A stretch of 64,000 nt of DNA from an uncultured cyanobacterium (GCA_963744145.1 CAVUSO010000001.1:6624001-6688000); one strand, 5' to 3'. Positions 1 through 10,556 are shown, numbered from the stretch's first letter. The notes: generated by a model not told the origin, from the sequence alone. Numbers and translations are program-made.

Positions 1-2468
1 CTAATAGTAAATTTGACTGGGATAAACTTAACTGGTTAAATAGCCAATATTTGCATGAGTTACCGATCGCGGAACTTACAGATCTGTTAATCAGCTATTG
101 GGAAGAAGCTGGATACAAATTTGATCCAATTAGCGATCGCGTTTGGTTAGAACAACTCACTACCTTAATTAGTCCGAGTTTAGTCCGACTCCAAGATGTA
201 GTAGAACTTAGTAAAGTCTTTTTTGTCGAAGAAATCGAATTTAAACAAGAAGCGATTATTCAACTAACCAAAACGGAGTCCATCACTATTCTCAAAGGAA
301 TTCTTGAGCATCTTGAGCAAGATTATCAACTAAATAAAACTAATGCTCATCGATTACTCAAACAAATCACTAAAGAATATAAGACCAAAAAAGAACAACC
401 TCAAAGATTGCTAAGAGCAGCTTTAATGGGTGAATTACACGGAATTGATATCATCCAATCTTGGTTGTTACTTCATCAACGTGGATGGGATAAAATGCGA
501 TTACGGTTAGCATTAAATCTCCCAGATTCACTAACCGCGATCGCGGAAGAATTATCGGAGTCGGTGACTGAGGAGTCGGAAAATCAAAACCTTGAACTTA
601 GTCCAGTTAAAGACCAGGTAACTAGAAATTCTTTAGTAGAACCAATGAATAATGAACCGCTTAACCAAGAGGAAGACATAGCTCCGATTACATCAAACTC
701 TGAATCCGAGCAAATCATCAACCATTCAGTTGCATTATCCCAACTAGAATCAGAGTTAGCAAAAATTGGAAATGAATTACAGGAAAGTGAAACAGCGCAA
801 TCGCAATTAAATGCTCAACTCCATGATACTCAAATTAAACTCCAACAAACCGACCAAGATAAATCTCATTTAGAGTCAGCATTACAAGAAATTCAAGCAC
901 AATTAAATCAATCGTCCCAGGAAAAAGAACAACTCCAAACAGTAATTCAAGAACATCATCAGCAACAAGCACAGTTTCAATCGCAAGTAGAGGAAATTAA
1001 ACGTCACTTAACCAAAGTAGAACAACAAAAATCCCATTTCCAATTGCAAGTGGAGGAAATTAAACAGCAATTAATCAAAGCTAATCAACAAACAGTTCAG
1101 TTCCAAGCAGAAATTGAAAATAGTCAGAAACAAAAAGCTCAACTACAGTCACAAATTGCTACCAATGAAACACAATTAAATCAAGCACATCAGCAAATAT
1201 CCCAACTGCAAGATGAGCTAAAAAAAGCATCCCAAGTAAAAATAAATCTAGAGTCAGAATTAGCAACTCGTTCACAGCAAATACTGGACAAAGAAAAGCA
1301 ATTACAGCAAGTTGAACAAGAGCGCAATCTGGGACAAGCTCAATTAGCAGAATTAGACCAGAACCGATCGCAACTTCAAGCACAAATTGCTCAACTGGAA
1401 TCGGAGTTAAACCAATCTAGTCAAGAGCGTTCTGGACTTGAATCCCAGTTAACAGAAATCCAAACTCAGTTACAACAAATTAAACAAGAACGTACTGAGA
1501 TTTCCACTCAACTAAGTAGCACTCAAACTGAGTTAAAACAAGTTGAACAAGAGCTAAAGTTGAGACAAGCTCAATTAGGAGAATCAGACCAGACTCAATC
1601 GCAACTTCAAGCACAAATTGCTCAACTAGAATCGGAGTTAAAGCAATCTGGTCAAGAACGTTCTAGACTTGAATCCCAGTTAGCAGAAATGCACATTCAG
1701 TTACAACAAACTGAACAAGAACGTACTCAGATTTCTAGTCAATTATTTCTAGTTCAGGGACATTTACATCAGAGCGAACAACAGCGGATTCAATTACAAT
1801 TACAGTTAGAGGAAGCAGAACGAAAATATTCTCATTTTCACTATCAATTCACCATCACTAAATCCCAGTTGCACCAATCTGAAGAAACGCGAAATCAAAT
1901 ATTATTGCAATTAGATGAGGTGGAAAGACAACGCTCTCAATTTGAAAAACAGCTCGAAGAAGTTCAAGCTCAATCCTACCAAACTCAACTAGAAAAAACT
2001 TTTGTTTCTAGTGAACTATTGCAATCCAATCAGATGCGATCGCAGCTATCCCATCAATTGAGTAATCTCCAAGAACAGTTGCAAAAATTACAGCAAGAAT
2101 ACTCGCACACTTACAACAAGTTAGAGCAAACTGATTATGACCGATCCTATTTTCAGTTTAGTCTATCCCAAGCTTACTTAAAAATGAATGAAGTCCAAAA
2201 AGAAAAATGGGATGTAACATCTCAGTTATTGAAATCTAAGGAAATACAAGCTCAACTGAAATATCAATTAGCCGATCGGGAAATTCAACTCCAGCAAGTC
2301 CAACAAGAACAAAGTAACACCCGATCGCAATTGACAGAAATTAATCAAGAGCGATCGCAATTAGAAACCAAAATCTCTCAATTACAATTGCGAAAAGCAT
2401 TGTGGATTTGGGGAATAGTAATTGCTTTACTTGTGGGGTCTTCTCTGACTTTGATATTGGTAAAGTAA
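1..2468 (+). CDS. gltX: Glutamate--tRNA ligase, 5'-partial, with ~650-aa C-terminal extension (acidic linker, Q/E-rich coiled coil, terminal TM helix)
   Basis: Frame is open from the window start (NSKFDWDKLNWLNSQYLH..., LRAALMGELHGIDI), matching the GluRS anticodon-binding region. It continues into heptad-rich sequence and a hydrophobic tail ALWIWGIVIALLVGSSLTLILVK. Confidence 0.8.
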   Translation, partial: NSKFDWDKLNWLNSQYLHELPIAELTDLLISYWEEAGYKFDPISDRVWLEQLTTLISPSLVRLQDVVELSKVFFVEEIEFKQEAIIQLTKTESITILKGILEHLEQDYQLNKTNAHRLLKQITKEYKTKKEQPQRLLRAALMGELHGIDIIQSWLLLHQRGWDKMRLRLALNLPDSLTAIAEELSESVTEESENQNLELSPVKDQVTRNSLVEPMNNEPLNQEEDIAPITSNSESEQIINHSVALSQLESELAKIGNELQESETAQSQLNAQLHDTQIKLQQTDQDKSHLESALQEIQAQLNQSSQEKEQLQTVIQEHHQQQAQFQSQVEEIKRHLTKVEQQKSHFQLQVEEIKQQLIKANQQTVQFQAEIENSQKQKAQLQSQIATNETQLNQAHQQISQLQDELKKASQVKINLESELATRSQQILDKEKQLQQVEQERNLGQAQLAELDQNRSQLQAQIAQLESELNQSSQERSGLESQLTEIQTQLQQIKQERTEISTQLSSTQTELKQVEQELKLRQAQLGESDQTQSQLQAQIAQLESELKQSGQERSRLESQLAEMHIQLQQTEQERTQISSQLFLVQGHLHQSEQQRIQLQLQLEEAERKYSHFHYQFTITKSQLHQSEETRNQILLQLDEVERQRSQFEKQLEEVQAQSYQTQLEKTFVSSELLQSNQMRSQLSHQLSNLQEQLQKLQQEYSHTYNKLEQTDYDRSYFQFSLSQAYLKMNEVQKEKWDVTSQLLKSKEIQAQLKYQLADREIQLQQVQQEQSNTRSQLTEINQERSQLETKISQLQLRKALWIWGIVIALLVGSSLTLILVK
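1308..1769 (+). repeat. Intragenic tandem duplication, 231-bp period (77 aa = 11 heptads)
   Basis: CAAGTTGAACAAGAG at 1308 and 1539; peptide SQLQAQIAQLESEL occurs twice. Confidence 0.85.
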
Positions 2469-2682
2469 TTTAAGTTATTTTCCCCAACCCCATGGGTCTT
2501 GAGGGCGATTCGTGATTAAGACAATCCCATCTTAACCCAAAAAATCAAGCTAATCTGCTATGATTATTCCTGATCACCATTTTTTTAGATGGAGAGTATT
2601 AATTACTAATGCCCTCGTTTGAATTGATCACCTACTATTTCATCACCAACACCAAGAATAACACCAACAATTAAGGAGCATT

Positions 2683-2901
2683 ATGCTGTTAAATATTTAC
2701 TTCAGGGGCGAAAATGGAAAGATTGAAATTAAAGGTGGTTATGAATTGGATGAACAAGAATTAAAAAAGTTACAGGGAGATTTTCTCAAATATTGCAGTG
2801 GTCATAAAGATTATCAGGGAGGATGCTATAAGTACAAATTGGGTCCAAGCGGTGATAAGATTTTATTGATAAAATTCGATGAGATTTTATACATAGATTA
2901 A
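2683..2901 (+). CDS. Small hypothetical protein
   Basis: 72-aa ORF with a strong RBS (TAAGGAG) upstream. Confidence 0.65.
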   Translation: MLLNIYFRGENGKIEIKGGYELDEQELKKLQGDFLKYCSGHKDYQGGCYKYKLGPSGDKILLIKFDEILYID

Positions 2902-3115
2902 CCATAAGTTAATCATCTAATACCGTGCGATTGCTATTTAGGATTGAACGATGATATCTGAATAGCGATCGCGCCAGCTCGTCAACTTGTCACCTAGATT
3001 GCCTTAGAGTCTTTTCATTACCCAGAAGAAATTTTAGCCATTTATAAAACTATTAAATATTAAATTCCTATAGAAATAATTGTCCCTGATATTTTTTAGT
3101 CCAGTATCCTAACTT

Positions 3116-3143
3116 TCGATCAGATATTATTATATCTGATCGA
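3116..3143. promoter_or_regulatory. Perfect 12-bp inverted repeat, putative operator
   Basis: TCGATCAGATAT-tatt-ATATCTGATCGA, upstream of the DsbA-like gene. Confidence 0.45.
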
Positions 3144-3278
3144 TATATGTTAGAATTGAGCTAAGGTTAGATGCAAATATTGATTATTGCTATTAAAATA
3201 AACTTAATCTAAAATAAATTAGTTCCCTACCTGTTCTAAATTGTGTTATTGCTTTACCTAAGCGTTAGGAAAAAATCA

Positions 3279-3824
3279 ATGTCTAATATTCCTAATTATG
3301 GCAAATTAAGTGATCCGAATATCTCTGAATTTGATCATTGTCAAGGGTCAATTCAAAGCCCCATTATCTTAATCGAATATGGTAGTTATCAATGTCCCGA
3401 TTGTTGTAAAATTTCTAGGATAATTCATGATATTCAGCAACAATTAGGAGAGCAATTGTGTTTTGTATTTCGACATTTTCCCCAATCATCTCTTTATCCT
3501 CAAGCCCAAAGAGCAGCTGAAGCAGCTGAAGTAGCTGGAGAGCAGAATATGTTCTGGCAAATGCACGAAATACTATTTAAAAACCAACATTCTCTTGAAG
3601 ATGGTTTTTTAGTAGAATATGCGGTTAATATCGGTTTAGATATGTCACAATTCCTGAGAAGTTTTTCGGCGCGATCGCATAATAATCGGATTCAAAGAGA
3701 TATTCAAAGTGGTCTTAAAAGTGGTGTTAATTATACCCCAGTCTTTTTTATAAATGGTAACCGATATGAAAACAATTATGATCGAGAAAGTTTATTATCA
3801 TTATTAGATTCCCTGATTTGTTAG
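3279..3824 (+). CDS. DsbA/thioredoxin-fold protein
   Basis: EYGSYQCPDC (CxxC), FVFRHFP, GVNYTPVFFING. Confidence 0.85.
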   Translation: MSNIPNYGKLSDPNISEFDHCQGSIQSPIILIEYGSYQCPDCCKISRIIHDIQQQLGEQLCFVFRHFPQSSLYPQAQRAAEAAEVAGEQNMFWQMHEILFKNQHSLEDGFLVEYAVNIGLDMSQFLRSFSARSHNNRIQRDIQSGLKSGVNYTPVFFINGNRYENNYDRESLLSLLDSLIC

Positions 3825-3923
3825 GCGATCGCGTGACACTTGTGGCAAAATATTCCTAATCCCCTATTAGGCTCCAGTCTGATTTCCTAGTTAGCTCATT
3901 TATCTATTTTTTGATCAATTCTT

Positions 3924-4700
3924 ATGAACTCATCTCAACGCTTCAATGCTTTAGCCAGCAACTATGCTATTAGTGAAGTCCATACCAGTAGCCCAACTCG
4001 CGCCCGATTGCACGCACTATTACCTCCGATTGAATCCGTTTGCGATGTAGCCAGTGGTGCGGGGCATACAGGCTTAGGTTTTGTAGGAATTGCCTCACGA
4101 ATTGTCGCGGTTGATCCTGCACCGAATATGCTTGAATATGTCCGGCAGTTGGCAGCAGAACGTGGTGTGGTGGTTGAGACAGTAGAAGCATTTGCAGAGT
4201 CCATTCCACTAGCGTCAGCATCATTTGATCTGGTTGTTTGTCGGTTAGCAGCACACCATTTTTCTGACCTTCCCAAAGCTATGAATGAAATGACCCGCTT
4301 GGTAAAACCAGACGGATACATAGCAATTATCGATATGGAAGGTAACGAAAATCCTACCCTTGACGCTCTCAATCACGAGATCGAAGTGCTTCATGATCCA
4401 ACTCATGTGCGTTCTTACACAGCAAAACACTGGCGAGAGATTTTTGCGGCAAATAGACTGGAAGTAAAAGTGTGTGAAAACCACTGGTGGGAGGTTCCTG
4501 ATGGTCTGACGATCGAGCGGTGGTGTGAATTGGGCAATTCTGGTGCTGAAGCTTTACAAGCCATTAACGAGCGATTAGCAACTGTTCCCGCAGAATGGTT
4601 ATCAGAACTCGAAATTACGCGGGATGTAGACGGAACTTTTCGCATCCCCGTGCGTACACTACTCATTCTTGGACAGAAACTTTCTCATTCTCTTGTCTAG
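3924..4700 (+). CDS. Class I SAM-dependent methyltransferase
   Basis: DVASGAGHTG motif I; FDLVVCRLAAHHF. Confidence 0.85.
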   Translation: MNSSQRFNALASNYAISEVHTSSPTRARLHALLPPIESVCDVASGAGHTGLGFVGIASRIVAVDPAPNMLEYVRQLAAERGVVVETVEAFAESIPLASASFDLVVCRLAAHHFSDLPKAMNEMTRLVKPDGYIAIIDMEGNENPTLDALNHEIEVLHDPTHVRSYTAKHWREIFAANRLEVKVCENHWWEVPDGLTIERWCELGNSGAEALQAINERLATVPAEWLSELEITRDVDGTFRIPVRTLLILGQKLSHSLV

Positions 4701-4742
4701 AAATTGACCATACTGGTTAAATATCTCTAAACGTTCCATACA

Positions 4743-5366
4743 CTACCACTCTGTCGCTAGTTTCATCAGCTTTGCTCTTGCAGTTGCAAGCTCGCGTTGT
4801 CGAATTTCGTCCGACATAAATTGATCTGGTACTGGTACAACGGTTACATCTTCAATTCCAATAAATCCTAAAACAAAGCGTAAATAAGTGTCACAAAAAT
4901 TCATGGTCGCAAGGGGTGTTCCCACAGCAAAATTTCCTGCACTCGGAGTAATGATCAGGGCTTTTTTACCTTTCACCAATCCCTGAAACTTGTAGGTTTC
5001 TGGATCAAAGGTAAAAGTGCGATTGATGCGGACAATATTGTCTAAATAAGCTTTGAGGGTAGAAGGAACACTGAAATTATACATTGGCACACCGAACAAG
5101 AGGTAATCTGCCCAAAATAACTCTGCAATCAAATTTTCTGAATCAGTCAATATCGATATCATCTCTGGCGATCGCTCTTCTGGCAAAATATAATTTGCCT
5201 TTGTCCAAAGTTCAGTTGGATGAGCGGGTGGATTGATCCCAACATCACGCTTTTGATGTTGAGTTCCAGAATAAATTCTTTGCCAAGCTTGGACAAACTC
5301 ATCACTCAAAAATCGGGAAATGGAACCCTCTTCACGAACACTCGATTGAATCTCAAGTAACTTCAT
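4743..5366 (-). CDS. azoR: FMN-dependent NADH-azoreductase
   Basis: SSVREEGSISR, PMYNFSVPSTLKAYLD motifs. Confidence 0.85.
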   Translation of the reverse strand: MKLLEIQSSVREEGSISRFLSDEFVQAWQRIYSGTQHQKRDVGINPPAHPTELWTKANYILPEERSPEMISILTDSENLIAELFWADYLLFGVPMYNFSVPSTLKAYLDNIVRINRTFTFDPETYKFQGLVKGKKALIITPSAGNFAVGTPLATMNFCDTYLRFVLGFIGIEDVTVVPVPDQFMSDEIRQRELATARAKLMKLATEW

Positions 5367-5544
5367 TATTGATCCTTACTCCTAAAACTTCTATTAATTA
5401 AGACGAATCCCCATATCTATTTGTGACAAGTTTACAGGATTTTCCTTAGTTTTAGAAACTCATTCAGGTACTGAGCCACTTGTGTCAGAGGCTCCGTTTT
5501 CTGTGTGAGTCTACTCATTACCAAAGCACTTTCGAGTGACACTA

Positions 5545-5874
5545 TCAGTAGAGTCGCAAGTCCACTGGCTTGTCCCAAACCACTGAATAACGCCAAAATA
5601 AATGTTTCCTGACTTTTGCTTCTCTCAATGAGTTTGTGTAAATTTGTCGTGCTTGCGAAATGGTTAGGTACTCATCTGTACGGAGATGCTCTCTCATTGC
5701 TGCTACTGCTTCAGGCAATTGCTGAATATGACTACTTTTGAGCGCCTGAAATAGCCAATTTAGGGGAACTGCAATAAAATCGCTTAATTTATCTCGCCAA
5801 CACTCATGTTCTAGCAAATCCAAAATTATCAATCTACCACCAGGTTTCATTGTGAAAGCGTGTTGATCCATCAA
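5545..5874 (-). pseudogene. C-terminal fragment of a SAM methyltransferase
   Basis: Begins at MKPGGRLIILDL (post-motif II region); no motif I present. Confidence 0.6.
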
Positions 5875-5919
5875 AATGGCAAAGCAATGGAATGCGTTAA
5901 GATAAAAAGGCTTATGAGG

Positions 5920-6292
5920 TTATTGATTGGCTGCAAGATCAACATCCGACGGATTACTCCGAATGATTTGTGTGTCATCAATATGCTTTAAGCCCCAAAT
6001 CGTGATTACTTTCAAAACCGGGCGCAAGCTTTTTCCCTTCTCGGTGAGTTGATAGTTCATTCGACGGGAATGGTTACTGTAAGCCTGCTTTTGAGCTAAA
6101 CCTAATTCTTCCAACAGCTTGAGGCGGTTTGCTAAGATATTAGTGGAGATGCCTTCAGGGGATTCTAAAAACTCTTCAAAGCGTTGCTTACCGAAGAACA
6201 TCATGTCTCTGATCACAAGTAACGAAAGAGCGATCGCCAATCAAATCTAATGTGCAGGAGACAGGACAGGGAGAGCGTCTTGGTTGAGACAT
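5920..6292 (-). pseudogene. HxlR-family winged-helix regulator, frameshifted
   Basis: MSQPRRSPCPVSCTLDLIGDR (start 6292) is one base out of frame with SLLVIRDMMFFGKQRFEEF...YQLTEKG; the shift lies next to a HIP1 site. Confidence 0.8.
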
Positions 6293-6438
6293 CGCAATAT
6301 CTAAAGTCTGATCACTTGCATTTTACCACCTATATTTGCTAAAGTACATTTTTATTTGCAAGTTAAAATCTCAAAAATTGGGACTTGTTTTGGCGTTATT
6401 CAGTAGTTTGGGACAAGCCAGCAGCGGTACAGAATAAA

Positions 6439-6771
6439 TCAGTGAAGTTCTAAGCAGTGAAGAGTTGGATTCCCTAAAATCTCTTGAATTGCTTCTTGCC
6501 CAGAACGAATGAGAGTTTCAACCTGGTTAGTTGGTGCATTTCCACATCTGAGCCATACTACTTTCGGTGGAGAGCCATATAGTCGGCTTCTTTCCGCAAA
6601 ATCTGCATCTTGAGTCACAATACAGAAATCGTTCCCCCTCGCAAATTCCCAAATCTCAGTATCTGTATTTTCTGCTAACGCATGAAATTGTACGTGGCTA
6701 GCATTAGGAAAAATATCAGCCAAGCGAGCCACCAATTTTCGGCTCAGGTTTTGATCAAATAGTAGTTTCAA
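6439..6771 (-). CDS. DUF5615 PIN-like toxin
   Basis: MKLLFDQNLS, VTQDADF, PPKVVWLRCGN. Confidence 0.85.
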   Translation of the reverse strand: MKLLFDQNLSRKLVARLADIFPNASHVQFHALAENTDTEIWEFARGNDFCIVTQDADFAERSRLYGSPPKVVWLRCGNAPTNQVETLIRSGQEAIQEILGNPTLHCLELH

Positions 6772-6998
6772 GCAGCACTCACTGAAGCAACTAAACGATG
6801 ATCACGATCAGCTGCAAACTCTAGGCAGGCTTTAATATCTGTTTCTGTTAGTTCCGGGAAGTCATCAATAATTTCAGCAGTAGACATTCCAGTAGCTAGC
6901 CAACCAAGAATGTCGTAAACTGTAATCCGCATCCGGCGAATGCAGGGTCTACCCCCACGCTTATCAGGCTCAATGGTAATTATGTCGCGATAGCTCAT
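6768..6998 (-). CDS. DUF433 antitoxin
   Basis: GGRPCIRRMRITVYDIL...FPELTETDIKACL; overlaps the toxin start by 4 bp. Confidence 0.85.
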   Translation of the reverse strand: MSYRDIITIEPDKRGGRPCIRRMRITVYDILGWLATGMSTAEIIDDFPELTETDIKACLEFAADRDHRLVASVSAA

Positions 6999-7080
6999 AA
7001 TATTAAGTAGGTCTTTTACATTTACATCTAAGTCTAGGGCAGGCTAACACTACGCTGCAATGGACGGAGCCAATATCTTG

Positions 7081-7328
7081 GTGGAGATGTCTTCAGGAGA
7101 TTCTAAAAACTCTTCACTCGCGTTGCTTTCTGAAGAACATCATGTCTCAGGATGTCTCAGATGACAAGTAACGAAAGAGCGATCGCCAATCAAATCTAAT
7201 GTGCAGGAGACAGGACAGGCAGAGCGTCTTGGTTGAGACATAGCAAGAACTAAAGTCTTATCACTTGCATTTTACCACCTATATTTGCTAAATTACAATT
7301 TTAATTTGCAAGTTAAAAGCTAAAAAAT
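7081..7328 (-). pseudogene. Second, degenerate copy of the hxlR promoter and 5' end (direct repeat of ~6143-6378)
   Basis: Shares GAAAGAGCGATCGCCAATCAAATCTAATGTGCAGGAGACAGGACAGG and TCACTTGCATTTTACCACCTATATTTGCTAAA with the first copy. Confidence 0.85.
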
Positions 7329-7708
7329 AAACACAGATTGAATTGAGTCCAGAGGAATGGATCAACTTCAAGCGTCGGATGCGAGTAATCCCAAAGATTT
7401 GGCAGCGCCGTCGTCATCAACGCATCAATGCTTTATTACAACAGCAAATTCTTGAGACTTAAGGAATCAAACTTATCGAAAGTTGGTATGACAATCACAA
7501 TCGTCTTGGTGTACATTTTGATCGCTTGCTATTTCGTGATCGAGCGATCGCTAAAGAAAGATCAGCAAGCATTCAACACACCAATAACTATCTTGCTGAT
7601 TGAACTCATCTTAATTACCTCTTTGGCGAAGCTGTATGTAAACTAAAATAAGCTGAAGACATATGTATCTAAGCGTTTATACCATTACAGCATTTGGAGA
7701 GGAGCTTC

Positions 7709-8173
7709 ATGGAAGTACGCATTGTGACGTTTCCGGAAACGAGAGTGGCAGCGATCACTCATATGGGGCCGCCGGAACACGAACAAGACACAGCACGCAA
7801 ACTGATCGCGTGGAAGCTTGAGCATCGTCTACTTGATCAAGCGAAGTATCGGAGCTATGGCTTGCACTATACTGACCCGAGAATGGTAAATCCCAAAGAG
7901 CATCGTGTGGACTTCTGTCTCTCCATTGATCGGGATGTGGGTACAAACTCTTACAGCATTCATGAGATGACTATCCCAAGTATGCGATGTGCATTCGCCC
8001 GCGATATCGGTTCGCGCTCTAACAATAAGGCAGCGGCATATCTATATGATGATTGGTTGCCCAGTAGCGGGGAATCACTCTGTGGTGCTCCCCTAATCTT
8101 CCACTATGTCAATGTCGGTAAAAACGTGAAGGACGAAGAAATGATTACGGATGTTTATATGCCCCTCAAATGA
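7709..8173 (+). CDS. GyrI-like small-molecule-binding protein
   Basis: MEVRIVTFPETRVAA, YLYDDWLPSSGE, TDVYMPLK; RBS GAGGAG. Confidence 0.8.
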   Translation: MEVRIVTFPETRVAAITHMGPPEHEQDTARKLIAWKLEHRLLDQAKYRSYGLHYTDPRMVNPKEHRVDFCLSIDRDVGTNSYSIHEMTIPSMRCAFARDIGSRSNNKAAAYLYDDWLPSSGESLCGAPLIFHYVNVGKNVKDEEMITDVYMPLK

Positions 8174-8414
8174 GTGGAGTCGGAGAAAGCCTGGTACTGC
8201 CTAGCATATTAGTAAAACATATAATTAGCAAGGTTTGATGATCGGGGTCAATAGGACTCTGCCTGTAACACTCCGATTTTGGACTTGTTCATAGGCAGCG
8301 ATCGCCTCATTGAGTGGATAGCGATGAAGTCCGGCAGCGGACGGGCGCAATGTCTCAGCCTTTTTTTCAGCTTTGTCTAGTCCGTCAAACTGACGTGTAT
8401 ATACTAAAATGCCT

Positions 8415-8505
8415 GGCGTTGCTTAATCAGGGTATGAAAATCAATCGGGGCGCATGGCCATGCGCCCCTACAAATTATTTATTCATACCGTAAATCAGCA
8501 ACACC
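8415..8505. mobile_element. 91-bp MITE (GGCGTTGC termini) with internal hairpin
   Basis: Imperfect TIR GGCGTTGCTTAATCAGGGTATGAA / TTCATACCGTAAATCAGCAACACC; 8-bp TSD AAATGCCT (8407-8414, 8506-8513). Confidence 0.9.
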
Positions 8506-8565
8506 AAATGCCTAACCATGCAAATGAAGGGAGCGTCGGGTTTTTCCATGTTGTAAAATGTTCTG

Positions 8566-8586
8566 AAACATCATATGATCTGATGT
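8566..8586. promoter_or_regulatory. Putative FadR/GntR operator (second copy at 9317-9339)
   Basis: AAACATCATATGATCTGATGT precedes the regulator; AAACATCTGATGATCTGCTGT precedes the MFS gene. Confidence 0.55.
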
Positions 8587-9273
8587 ATGACCAGTAAACC
8601 GCTACGAATTCAACGTCAACCTTTAGTCGATCAGGTGATCGAACAGTTGCAACAACGAATTGCCCAAGGCGAATTTGAAGTTGGTGCAAAATTTCCGTCA
8701 GAGCCTGAACTCACGGATTTACTCGGTGTCAGTCGCTCAACGCTTCGAGAGGCAGTGCGAGTCCTGGTTCATATAGGGCTTTTAGAAGTTCGCCAAGGAG
8801 ACGGTACCTATGTTCGAGCTAAGACCGCGATCGCTGAACCATTAGAGCGCCGACTCAAACGCGCTGCTATTCTGGAAGTTTATGAAGTCCGGCGCATTCT
8901 GGAATTAGAAATTGCCCGTTTAGCTGCACAGCGACGTGACAAAACTGATCTGGATCAAATGCAGAAAAGTCTTCAGCAACGGAAATGCGCCCGTGAAATC
9001 GGTGACGAGGTTGCCTTTTTGAATGCTGATATTGCTTTTCATCAAGCGATCGCGGCTGCTAGTAAAAACGCTGTCCTGATTGAGTTGTATCAAACCTTTT
9101 CCACTGCGTTACGGGATGCTCTTGCTCAGTTAGCCACAGACGCTGAAATTGACCGTGCCGATCAAGCGATGCTCCACGAGCGATTACTTGACGCAATTAC
9201 CGCAGGCGATGCGGAAGCGGCAGAACAGTGGACAGCTGAATTCCTCGACCAAATTTTACTACAACTGGGCTAA
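8587..9273 (+). CDS. FadR/GntR-family transcriptional regulator
   Basis: PSEPELTDLLGVSRSTLREAV HTH; FCD domain (ADIAFHQAIAAASKN). Confidence 0.9.
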   Translation: MTSKPLRIQRQPLVDQVIEQLQQRIAQGEFEVGAKFPSEPELTDLLGVSRSTLREAVRVLVHIGLLEVRQGDGTYVRAKTAIAEPLERRLKRAAILEVYEVRRILELEIARLAAQRRDKTDLDQMQKSLQQRKCAREIGDEVAFLNADIAFHQAIAAASKNAVLIELYQTFSTALRDALAQLATDAEIDRADQAMLHERLLDAITAGDAEAAEQWTAEFLDQILLQLG

Positions 9274-9353
9274 TTGCCCTGTTAGATTCAATCGCCATTT
9301 ACCTGATTGCCTGGATAAACATCTGATGATCTGCTGTTTTGAGGTATTTCCAA

Positions 9354-10556
9354 ATGAATGATTTTCTTAGGACTCGAAAATTCATCGATACTCGCCTACT
9401 CGCAGTGTGGCTCACAGGTTTTTGTCCATTCCTGGTTATGTATGTCACACAGCCACTCTTGCCTGACTTTCAGGAGATTTTTCATGCGACTGCGGCACAA
9501 GTCAGTCTCACCGTGAGTGCAACCACGATCGCCGTCACCCTTGTTGCCCCGTTTATCGGTCTACTTGCTGATTCTTGGGGGCGTAAGCGGATTATTGTTC
9601 CAGCAATTTTTGCTTTGTCCGTGCCGATGTTCCTAGCAGCAACGGCTTCTGACCTAAATACTCTCATTCAATGGCGTTTCATTCAGGGACTTTTCATTCC
9701 AGGAATCTTCACAGTTGCGTTAGCTTACATTGGCGAAGAGTGGAATCGCACCAAAGTGGGTTCAGCGACAGCCGCTTATGTGTCTGGTAATGTTTTTGGT
9801 AGCGTTTCTGGGCGGGTACTGGCTGGATTTGTTGCAGAACGTCTCAACTGGCATTGGTCGTTTGTAGCGCTAGGATGCTTGCTCGTCCTGGGTGGGATGG
9901 CAACTTGGCAATGGCTACCTCGATCACGTCACTTTGTCCGTCAGCGCAACCCATTAGCCTCTATTCGCAGTTTTACGAACCATCTCCGTAATCCAAAACT
10001 CCTTGCTGTTTACGCGGTTGGCTTCAACACTCTATTTGTATTTGTTAGTACCTTTACATATATCACTTTTTATCTAGCGGCGGCTCCTTTCCATTTAAAC
10101 ACTGTAGCACTAGGCGTACTCTTTTTAGTTAACTTGCCTGGTGCAGTCATCACCGCAATGATGGGTCGATCGATTGACAAAATTGGGCAACGTTTGACCG
10201 TGCTAATTGCGGTCGGAGTTTCCTGTTTTGGCATTCTGTTAACATTAGTGCCGATGCTAACAGTTGTATTGATCGGATTAATGCTTTGCTCAATCGGAGT
10301 CTTCCTCTGTCAATCTGCTGCTAGTAGCTACATTGGGGTTGTAGCAGGTTTTGCGCGTTCTTCTGCCGTCGGTTTGTATGTTAGTTCCTACTATCTAGGT
10401 GGAACAGTTGGTGCTGCCGTTCCTGGATTATTTTGGGCGGTAGGGGGTTGGATTGCTTGTGTCGTGCTAATTGTCATGATTCAAATTATAACGATTGGTT
10501 TTGTAGTTTGTTTCTGGCGCAGTCAATTAGCAAAGACACCTAAAATTAACACCTAG
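9354..10556 (+). CDS. MFS transporter (YnfM-like)
   Basis: GLLADSWGRKR motif A; about 12 hydrophobic segments. Confidence 0.9.
   Translation: MNDFLRTRKFIDTRLLAVWLTGFCPFLVMYVTQPLLPDFQEIFHATAAQVSLTVSATTIAVTLVAPFIGLLADSWGRKRIIVPAIFALSVPMFLAATASDLNTLIQWRFIQGLFIPGIFTVALAYIGEEWNRTKVGSATAAYVSGNVFGSVSGRVLAGFVAERLNWHWSFVALGCLLVLGGMATWQWLPRSRHFVRQRNPLASIRSFTNHLRNPKLLAVYAVGFNTLFVFVSTFTYITFYLAAAPFHLNTVALGVLFLVNLPGAVITAMMGRSIDKIGQRLTVLIAVGVSCFGILLTLVPMLTVVLIGLMLCSIGVFLCQSAASSYIGVVAGFARSSAVGLYVSSYYLGGTVGAAVPGLFWAVGGWIACVVLIVMIQIITIGFVVCFWRSQLAKTPKINT

Noticed and set aside
3962..4666. Several antisense ORFs over the methyltransferase (and similar shadow ORFs elsewhere, e.g. 33137, 34766, 55243, 58766)
   Set aside because: They overlap well-supported genes on the other strand and show no recognisable motifs.
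7428..7646. 72-aa hydrophobic ORF
   Set aside because: No RBS or family motif recognised; it may be a gene fragment but cannot be supported.
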